Origin: Antedon mediterranea
Lineage: Eukaryota; Animalia; Echinodermata
Assembly (NCBI RefSeq): GCF_964355755.1
Contig: NC_092675.1
Span: 8,861,812 to 8,925,811 of the forward strand
Length of the DNA: 64,000 nt
Direction: 5' to 3'
The notes under the pieces: model-generated
What the model saw: the letters and a program-made list of their open reading frames with translations, nothing else
What the model was told of the DNA's origin: nothing
Databases searched by the model: none
Translations under genes and position numbers: made by a program
Part shown: positions 1-8,487 of the stretch, in pieces
Numbering within the stretch: position 1 is the first letter of the stretch
Layout: each line of letters opens with the position of its first letter

Positions 1-295
1 TGTGTTATGCTTCTTTGTACAGTGTTATTATTTCCTTTATATTATCTTTTTAAGAACCTCAGTATAACTTTTTAAATTATACTAAACAAAGTTGAATTTA
101 CCTTTCAAGTATGTGTTTCTTCAACAGAAGTGGGTGTAAATACCAACGTCATGGTTTCAGCAGCTGCTAATTTCAATCCTAGAAAATGTTCTATAATAAA
201 TGAACAAAACTATTAGGTTATAGGATATATGTGTTTATAGAGATTTTGACAGTGAATATAAGATTTATATATACTTGAACCGCAAGTAACCGAAC

Positions 296-415
296 GTCTA
301 CAACCATACCATGTTGAAAACACCGGTTCTCGTCCGAACACCGCAGTTAAACAACGTCGGGCCTCGTTAGTACTTGGATGGGAGACCGCCTGGGAATACC
401 TGGTGTCGTAGACCT
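296..415 (+). rRNA. 5S rRNA gene (C17T, G70C variant, first in cluster)
   Basis: GTCTACAACC...GTTAGTACTTGGATGGGAGACCGCCTGGGAATAC...GTAGACCT; 120 nt; 5'/3' ends pair as helix I; eukaryotic internal control region present. Confidence 0.95.
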
Positions 416-424
416 ATGTTTAAC

Positions 425-430
425 TTTTTT
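425..430 (+). terminator. Pol III terminator T6, 10 nt downstream of the predicted mature 3' end; repeated after essentially every full gene
   Basis: GACCT-ATGTTTAAC-TTTTTT. Confidence 0.8.
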
Positions 431-503
431 AAATTATACTAAACAAAGTTTATTTTACCTTTCAATTATGTTTTTATGACAGTAACTATAAGATCTTTCT
501 AAG

Positions 504-509
504 TTATAA
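504..509 (+). promoter_or_regulatory. TATA-like upstream element at -29..-24 of the 5S gene (representative copy)
   Basis: TTATAA at a fixed distance from +1 in the short spacers; position matches upstream elements known for animal 5S genes. Confidence 0.6.
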
Positions 510-532
510 TCTTGAACCGCAAGTAACCGAAC

Positions 533-652
533 GTCTACAACCATACCACGTTGAAAACACCGGTTCTCCTCCGAACACCGCAGTTAAACAACGTCGGGCC
601 TGGTTAGTACTTGGATGGGAGACCGCCTGGGAATACCTGGTGTCGTAGACCT
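533..652 (+). rRNA. 5S rRNA gene (G37C variant)
   Basis: Full 120-nt copy followed by T6. Confidence 0.95.
582..629 (+). promoter_or_regulatory. Pol III type 1 internal control region (box A, intermediate element, box C), representative copy
   Basis: Gene nt 50-97: AGTTAAACAACGTCG / CCTGGT / TGGATGGGAGACCGCCTG. Confidence 0.8.
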
Positions 653-769
653 ATGTTTAACTTTTTTAAATTATACTAAATAAAGTTTATTTTACCTTTC
701 AATTATATTTTTATGACAGTAACTATAAGATCTTTCTAAGTTATAATCTTGAACCGCAAGTAACCGAAT

Positions 770-822
770 GTCTACAACCGTACCAGGTTGCCTAGCCTGT
801 GAATATCTGTTGTCGTACACCT
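770..822 (+). pseudogene. Internally deleted 5S pseudogene (nt 1-21 joined to nt 93-120); representative of about 44 copies, one per higher-order unit
   Basis: GTCTACAACCGTACCAGGTTG matches nt 1-21 (19/21); GCCTGTGAATATCTGTTGTCGTACACCT matches nt 93-120 (24/28); normal upstream flank; T-runs follow. Confidence 0.9.
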
Positions 823-949
823 GTTTTTATCTTTTTAATAATCCTAAAATATAGTCTCGTTTAAGTGTTTCGATTTTCCAAAAATGTGTTTATACTGTTG
901 ATGATAGTATAAGTAAATAAATTCAAACTGTAACCGCAATTAATCGAAA

Positions 950-1009
950 GTTTTTCAACTAAACTGCATTGAAAACAACTGTTCTCGTCCGATCACTGAA
1001 GTTAAACAA
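950..1009 (+). pseudogene. Diverged 5' half 5S pseudogene (nt 1-59), one per higher-order unit
   Basis: TTGAAAACAAC(T/G)GTTCTCGTCCGATCACTGAAGTTAAACAA, preceded by decayed upstream flank TAACCGCAATTAATCGAAA. Confidence 0.9.
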
Positions 1010-1204
1010 GTTGTTGTTCAAAGACATGTTTGTTGTTGTATGTTGCTGCTGTGGTGACGGTACAAACGTCACTGTACTACGCGGGCGTCCACTTGTGTGC
1101 GCGTTTGATTCTTAGCAACAAAGCGGCCTGAATCTTTTGTACATGCCGCTATTGTGTTATGCTTCTTTGTACAGTGTTATTATTTCCTTTATATTATCTT
1201 TTTA
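1010..1204. other. ~195-bp non-5S segment replacing the 3' half of the pseudogene; GC-richer core with several inverted repeats
   Basis: No similarity to the 236-bp unit; 5S 3' flank similarity resumes at about 1205 (AGAACCTCAGTATAACTTTTTAAATTATAC). Confidence 0.75.
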
Positions 1205-1270
1205 AGAACCTCAGTATAACTTTTTAAATTATACTAAACAAAGTTGAATTTACCTTTCAAGTATGTGTTT

Positions 1271-1379
1271 CTTCAACAGAAGTGGGTGTAAATACCAACG
1301 TCATGGTTTCAGCAGCTGCTAATTTCAATCCTAGAAAATGTTCTATAATAAATGAACAAAACTATTAGGTTATAGGATA
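1271..1379. other. ~110-bp insertion within a decayed 5S spacer, flanked by TATGTGTTT direct repeats in some haplotypes
   Basis: Spacer homology stops at about 1270 and resumes at TTTTGACAGT about 1396; TATGTGTTT at 1262-1270 and 1380-1388. Confidence 0.5.
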
Positions 1380-1447
1380 TATGTGTTTATAGAGATTTTG
1401 ACAGTGAATATAAGATTTATATATACTTGAACCGCAAGTAACCGAAC

Positions 1448-2040
1448 GTCTACAACCATACCATGTTGAAAACACCGGTTCTCGTCCGAACACCGCAGTT
1501 AAACAACGTCGGGCCTCGTTAGTACTTGGATGGGAGACCGCCTGGGAATACCTGGTGTCGTAGACCTATGTTTAACTTTTTTAAATTATACTAAACAAAG
1601 TTTATTTTACCTTTCAATTATGTTTTTATGACAGTAACTATAAGATCTTTCTAAGTTATAATCTTGAACCGCAAGTAACCGAACGTCTACAACCATACCA
1701 CGTTGAAAACACCGGTTCTCCTCCGAACACCGCAGTTAAACAACGTCGGGCCTGGTTAGTACTTGGATGGGAGACCGCCTGGGAATACCTGGTGTCGTAG
1801 ACCTATGTTTAACTTTTTTAAATTATACTAAACAATGTTTATTTTACCTTTCAATTATGTTTTTTGACAGTAACTATAAGATCTTTCTCAGTTATAATCT
1901 TGAACCGCAAGTAACCGAATGTCTACAACCATACCACGTTGAAAACACCGGTTCTCGTCCGAACACCGCAGTTAAACAACGTCGGGCCTGGTTAGTACTT
2001 GGATGGGAGACCGCCTGGGAATACCTGGTGTCGTAGACCT
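1448..2040 (+). rRNA. 3 x 5S rRNA genes (starts 1448, 1685, 1921)
   Basis: Full 120-nt copies. Confidence 0.95.
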
Positions 2041-2418
2041 ATGTTTAACTTTTTTAAATTATACTAAACAATGTTTATTTTACCTTTCAATTATGTTTTT
2101 TGACAGTAACTATAAGATCTTTCTCAGTTATAATCTTGAACCGCAAGTAACCGAATGTCTACAACCGTACCAGGTTGCCTAGCCTGTGAATATCTGTTGT
2201 CGTACACCTGTTTTTATCTTTTTAATAATCCTAAAATATAGTCTCGTTTAAGTGTTTCTATTTTCCAAAAATGTGTTTATACTGTTGATGATAGTATAAG
2301 TAAATAAATTCAAACTGTAACCGCAATTAATCGAAAGTTTTTCAACTAAACTGCATTGAAAACAACGGTTCTCGTCCGATCACTGAAGTTAAACAAGTTG
2401 TTGTTCAAAGACATGTTT

Positions 2419-2455
2419 GTTGTTGCAGGGAGTTGTAACAACTCCCTGGTTGTTG
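2419..2455. mobile_element. 23-bp palindromic insertion (2426-2448) with 7-bp duplication GTTGTTG; probable DNA-transposon footprint
   Basis: CAGGGAGTTGT-A-ACAACTCCCTG; other units show the empty site with a single GTTGTTG. Confidence 0.7.
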
Positions 2456-2864
2456 TATGTTGCTGCTGTGGTGACGGTACAAACGTCACTGTACTACGCG
2501 GGCGTCCACTTGTGTGCGCGTTTGATTCTTAGCAACAACGCGGCCTGAATCTTTTGTACATGCCGCTATTGTGTTATGCTTCTTTGTACAGTGTTATTGT
2601 TTCCTTTATATTATCTTTTTAAGAACCTCAGTATAACTTTTTAAATTATACTAAAAAAAGTTGAATTTACCTTTCAAGTATGTGTTTCTTCAACAGAAGT
2701 GGGTGTAAATACCAACGTCATGGTTTCAGCAGCTGCTAATTTCAATCCTAGAAAATGTTCTATAATAAATGAACAAAACTATTAGGTTATAGGATATATA
2801 TATTTATAGAGATTTTGACAGTGAATATAAGATGTATATATACTTGAACCGCAAGTAACCGAAC

Positions 2865-3220
2865 GTCTACAACCATACCACGTTGAAAACACCGGTTCTC
2901 GTCCGAACACCGCAGTTAAACAACGTCGGGCCTGGTTAGTACTTGGATGGGAGACCGCCTGGGAATACCTGGTGTCGTAGACCTATGTTTAACTTTTTTA
3001 AATTATACTAAACAATGTTTATTTTACCTTTCAATTATGTTTTTTGACAGTAACTATAAGATCTTTCTCAGTTATAATCTTGAACCGCAAGGAACCGAAT
3101 GTCTACAACCATACCACGTTGAAAACACCGGTTCTCGTCCGAACACCGCAGTTAAACAACGTCGGGCCTGGTTAGTACTTGGATGGGAGACCGCCTGGGA
3201 ATACCTGGTGTCGTAGACCT
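2865..3220 (+). rRNA. 2 x 5S rRNA genes (2865, 3101)
   Basis: Full 120-nt copies. Confidence 0.95.
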
Positions 3221-4014
3221 ATGTTTAACTTTTTTAAATTATTAAAATAAAGTTTATTTTACCTTTCAATTATATTTTTATGACAGTAACTATAAGATCT
3301 TTCTAAGTTATAATCTTGAACCGCAAGTAACCGAATGTCTACAACCGTACCAGGTTGCCTAGCCTGTGAATATCTGTTGTCGTACACCTGTTTTTATCTT
3401 TTTAATAATCCTAAAATATAGTCTCGTTTAAGTGTTTCGATTTTCCAAAAATGTGTTTATACTGTTGATGATAGTATAAGTAAATAAATTCAAACTGTAA
3501 CCGCAATTAATCGAAAGTTTTTCAACTAAACTGCATTGAAAACAACTGTTCTCGTCCGATCACTGAAGTTAAACAAGTTGTTGTTCAAAGACATGTTTGT
3601 TGTTGTATGTTGCTGCTGTGGTGACGGTACAAACGTCACTGTACTACGCGGGCGTCCACTTGTGTGCGCGTTTGATTCTTAGCAACAAAGCGGCCTGAAT
3701 CTTTTGTACATGCCGCTATTGTGTTATGCTTCTTTGTACAGTGTTATTGTTTCCTTTATATTATCTTTTTAAGAACCTCAGTATAACTTTTTAAATTATA
3801 CTAAACAAAGTTGAATTTACCTTTCAAGTATGTGTTTCTTCAACAGAAGTGGGTGTAAATACCAACGTCATGGTTTCAGCAGCTGCTAATTTCAATCCTA
3901 GAAAATGTTCTATAATAAATGAACAAAACTATTAGGTTATAGGATATATGTGTTTATAGAGATTTTGACAGTGAATATAAGATTTATATATACTTGAACC
4001 GCAAGTAACCGAAC

Positions 4015-5081
4015 GTCTACAACCATACCATGTTGAAAACACCGGTTCTCGTCCGAACACCGCAGTTAAACAACGTCGGGCCTCGTTAGTACTTGGATGG
4101 GAGACCGCCTGGGAATACCTGGTGTCGTAGACCTATGTTTAACTTTTTTAAATTATACTAAACAAAGTTTATTTTACCTTTCAATTATGTTTTTATGACA
4201 GTAACTATAAGATCTTTCTGAGTTATAATCTTGAACCGCAAGTAACCGAATGTCTACAACCATACCACGTTGAAAACACCGGTTCTCCTCCGAACACCGC
4301 AGTTAAACAACGTCGGGCCTGGTTAGTACTTGGATGGGAGACCGCCTGGGAATACCTGGTGTCGTAGACCTATGTTTAACTTTTTTAAATTATACTAAAC
4401 AATGTTTATTTTACCTTTCAATTATGTTTTTATGACAGTAACTATAAGATCTTTCTCAGTTATAATCTTGAACCGCAAGTAACCGAATGTCTACAACCAT
4501 ACCACGTTGAAAACACCGGTTCTCCTCCGAACACCGCAGTTAAACAACGTCGGGCCTGGTTAGTACTTGGATGGGAGACCGCCTGGGAATACCTGGTGTC
4601 GTAGACCTATGTTTAACTTTTTTAAATTATACTAAACAATGTTTATTTTACCTTTCAATTATGTTTTTATGACAGTAACTATAAGATCTTTCTAAGTTAT
4701 AATCTTGAACCGCAAGTAACCGAACGTCTACAACCATACCACGTTGAAAACACCGGTTCTCCTCCGAACACCGCAGTTAAACAACGTCGGGCCTGGTTAG
4801 TACTTGGATGGGAGACCGCCTGGGAATACGTGGTGTCGTAGACCTATGTTTAACTTTTTTAAATTATACTAAACAATGTTTATTTTACCTTTCAATTATG
4901 TTTTTTGACAGTAACTATAAGATCTTTCTCAGTTATAATCTTGAACCGCAAGGAACCGAATGTCTACAACCATACCACGTTGAAAACACCGGTTCTCGTC
5001 CGAACACCGCAGTTAAACAACGTCGGGCCTGGTTAGTACTTGGATGGGAGACCGCCTGGGAATACCTGGTGTCGTAGACCT
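4015..5081 (+). rRNA. 5 x 5S rRNA genes (4015, 4252, 4489, 4726, 4962)
   Basis: Full 120-nt copies. Confidence 0.95.
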
Positions 5082-6117
5082 ATGTTTAACTTTTTTAAAT
5101 TATACTAAACAATGTTTATTTTACCTTTCAATTATGTTTTTTGACAGTAACTATAAGATCTTTCTCAGTTATAATCTTGAACCGCAAGTAACCGAATGTC
5201 TACAACCGTACCAGGTTGCCTAGCCTGTGAATATCTGTTGTCGTACACCTGTTTTTATCTTTTTAATAATCCTAAAATATAGTCTCGTTTAAGTGTTTCT
5301 ATTTTCCAAAAATGTGTTTATACTGTTGATGATAGTATAAGTAAATAAATTCAAACTGTAACCGCAATTAATCGAAAGTTTTTCAACTAAACTGCATTGA
5401 AAACAACGGTTCTCGTCCGATCACTGAAGTTAAACAAGTTGTTGTTCAAAGACATGTTTGTTGTTGTATGTTGCTGCTGTGGTGACGGTACAAACGTCAC
5501 TGTACTACGCGGGCGTCCACTTGTGTGCGCGTTTGATTCTTAGCAACAACGCGGCCTGAATCTTTTGTACATGCCACGTATGTTCGCCGTAATGCAAATA
5601 TGGAATGTTTACTGGCAAGGTAAAACTCTAGAGGGCGTCGAAGCAGCGAAGCGTGTTAATTGAAAGTTTTCACACAAAATGTTTTCGACACGCGACGCTG
5701 AAAGACGATCGTTCCATACATATAAAAGACGTAAAATAAGTAAAAAAAACTCCTCAATGATATCAAACATTAAACTTCTTTTATTCTTAAACTTATTTTC
5801 TTAAAACATATGTAGATTTTAAAAATGTTTATATAATATTTTAAGTACTATGACATTTCAAACATTGCTATGCAAACCAGCAAAATGAACATTCTCGTTT
5901 CAAAAATTTCGGAAGTAAAATGAGTCATCTAAAATGTTAAATTACAATTAATTCGAAGTTTTTCAAACTATGCAGCGTGGTATATCATCTTGTTTAAATA
6001 GTATTGCATCTAATTGTAATTAACACGAGAGAGCAACAATTATTTCACGGGAGTATAATTTGATTGAATTTAGGCTATTTTACACAGCAAAATAGACATG
6101 CCTGTGTTAAAGAATAG

Positions 6118-6141
6118 GCGCGTCTAGGCTATTAGACGCGC
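6118..6141. repeat. GC-rich hairpin inside the transposon
   Basis: GCGCGTCTA-ggctat-TAGACGCGC, perfect 9-bp stem. Confidence 0.7.
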
Positions 6142-6515
6142 GGCGCGCTGGCGGCTAGGCCTAATACAATAAATACATACAGTATCATCATATTAATACT
6201 GTACTTTATTAATTAAATTGCCTGGCTGTGCATCTCAATAATGAAATTATGCAAGATAGTAAGTTATGTATGTTTATTATATAAACATACAATATATTAT
6301 TTCTATTATTACTTCTTATTTTATCTGTAAGACCTGGCCCTATGTACATAGAAATATACCTCCAATATTTGTATGTATTCACACTTTTAAATAATAAATT
6401 GTAAATACAGTATAGTAATAAATGTTTTCAATTTTATAAGTCTGTAGTAGGCATTTAAAAGTTTCATTTACACTAATTTTATAAAAATAAATGATATGAT
6501 TTTGTTTATTTCAGA

Positions 6516-6580
6516 ATGGACAACCATATAAAAAACCTATTTCAGTATGCAGAACATGTGGAGTAAAAAATCATACTTGA
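6516..6580 (+). pseudogene. Frameshifted N-terminal remnant of a Chapaev/RAG1-like transposase (Chapa zinc finger start)
   Basis: Splice acceptor-like TTTGTTTATTTCAG (6501-6514), then ATG GAC AAC CAT ATA AAA AAC CTA TT TCA GTA TGC AGA ACA TGT GGA = MDNHIKNL[x]SVCRTCG with one base missing. Confidence 0.6.
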
Positions 6581-8367
6581 CCAGATCAAATATACAATTG
6601 CCTCCTGTTATATACTGCCCATTTTATAATTATAATAAATAATATATATTTAATAAATTTTAATAGATTAATATTGTTAATACTGTAAGATATTAAAATT
6701 CATTACTAAAAACAATGACAATATTTATTGATAGTAATCTTAATTAACTATTCTTCTCATCACAAATTAAAATCATATGAGAGATACATCATAACAATTC
6801 CAATATAAATTTTATATTATAACATCATTAATAGTGTATAATCTTCTGCTATTGGGTCTATTCCATTTACCACTTGACAGTGCTTCTTCAACAGCTGGAA
6901 AACTAGTCAACTGTACCATATTTTCTGATCATTCGGAAAAATTGCCTCATGCAATAATAGTTAATACACATTTCATCCGACTCCAGACATACCTTTAAAA
7001 AAAATATAATAAAAAATAAAAAAAGTGTTATGTGTAATTTATTGGTAATACAATTGCAAATAATACATATTAATTTTATGCATAATTATAAAATAAAAAT
7101 ACTGTAGGCCTACAATGTTTAAAATAAAATGTTGCCTGTTACCAAAATGGAATAACCCAAACCTAGCGTTACTTATACAACAAGTGGATAATACTATTAT
7201 TAAAGATGGGGAGGTCAGTGTGATGATTAAGGAGCTGAAATAAGGTGATAACAATTTAAACGATATAAAAACAATATTAACATTACTGAACTATAAATAT
7301 ATACTGCAAAACATTAGTTCTTAAACAATTTAAGCTATAACAAACACTAAATTATGAAAATGTGTATAATTCGGAACACATTCCACGAAACACCTAACGA
7401 TGTGCCTCGCATGATGGGGTGGATATATCCCCAAACTCCAGTCTTTTAAAACTTGTATGTAGGCCTAGGCCTTCGAATCTAGGCCTAGTCGGGATATTTT
7501 AAGATATGTGATGAACATTACCTGGCATGGTAGCATTTAACATACATGAGTGTGTTCGGTTGATCGCTAACATACTCAATAAAAACTGTATTTTAGAGGG
7601 AAAATAGTGAAATTTCCTCGTTTTTTGTTCCATCACACCTCCACACCGTCAATTGTTGCTCTAAAACCTTTAAACCACATGATTAGCTCAATCACTCATG
7701 AATATGTATGAGAATACCTGACCTCACAAAAAACTTCGGAATTTTTTTTATAAAAGTTTAAAAATTGTACGATTTTTGGTTTAAAATTTTAGTACAATTG
7801 AGACTGAAAGTAAGATAAATAATAGCTATATTCCGCTTTGTTTTTTCTTTGTATTTTTAGATATTTCGATTAAAAAAGTATAAAGGAAAATAAATAAATT
7901 GTTTTAAGGTCAAATATTTATAGAAAGGCTATGAAAAATGCTAGGCCATTTGTTGATCAAAATGTAATCGACCGTTACGCAAAATAAACAAGTGCGCGTG
8001 GTTTTTAAACGGCGCGTTAATGCGCATGCGTCAATAGCGAAATTCTCTAGGAAACATACGTGATGCCGCTATTGTGTTATGCTTCTTTGTACAGTGTTAT
8101 TGTTTCCTTTATATTATCTTTTTAAGAACCTCAGTATAACTTTTTAAATTATACTAAACAAAGTTGAATTTACCTTTCAAGTATGTGTTTCTTCAACAGA
8201 AGTGGGTGTAAATACCAACGTCATGGTTTCAGCAGCTGCTAATTTCAATCCTAGAAAATGTTCTATAATAAATGAACAAAACTATTAGATTATAGGATAT
8301 ATATATTTATAGAGATTTTGACAGTGAATATAAGATGTATATATACTTGAACCGCAAGTAACCGAAC

Positions 8368-8487
8368 GTCTACAACCATACCACGTTGAAAACACCGGTT
8401 CTCGTCCGAACACCGCAGTTAAACAACGTCGGGCCTGGTTAGTACTTGGATGGGAGACCGCCTGGGAATACCTGGTGTCGTAGACCT
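8368..8487 (+). rRNA. 5S rRNA gene (single-gene cluster)
   Basis: Full 120-nt copy. Confidence 0.95.

Larger units (their letters stand above)
5575..8062 (+). mobile_element. 2488-bp non-autonomous TIR DNA transposon, Chapaev (CMC)-like
   Basis: TIR CACGTATGTT (5575-5584) / AACATACGTG (8053-8062); TSD ATGC (5571-5574, 8063-8066); empty site TGTAC-ATGC-CGCTA in the other units; internal H-X7-CRTCG remnant. Confidence 0.88.

Noticed and set aside
1042-1123. Functional tRNA gene in the cassette
   Set aside because: An acceptor-like stem and B-box-like motif exist, but T, D and anticodon stems cannot be formed properly; at most a decayed relic.
1120-1160. Possible spliced-leader or snRNA gene linked to 5S (GAATCTTTTG as an Sm site)
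   Set aside because: Imperfect Sm motif, and no recognisable U snRNA or SL exon/donor arrangement; kept only as part of the generic ncRNA hypothesis.
7039-7254. 71-aa minus-strand ORF in the transposon
   Set aside because: Non-ATG start, low-complexity AT-rich composition, no recognisable motif.
5575-8062. 5S-targeting non-LTR retrotransposon (Mutsu/Tx1-like)
   Set aside because: Has TIRs and a short TSD, no RT ORF or poly-A tail, and sits in the spacer cassette rather than in a 5S gene.
5571-8067. RAG/Transib transposon with 5-bp TSD ATGCC
   Set aside because: ATGCC is formally duplicated, but that reading removes the terminal C from the left TIR. Symmetric CAC...GTG ends give a 4-bp TSD, and I see no RSS-like nonamer or RAG2-like sequence.
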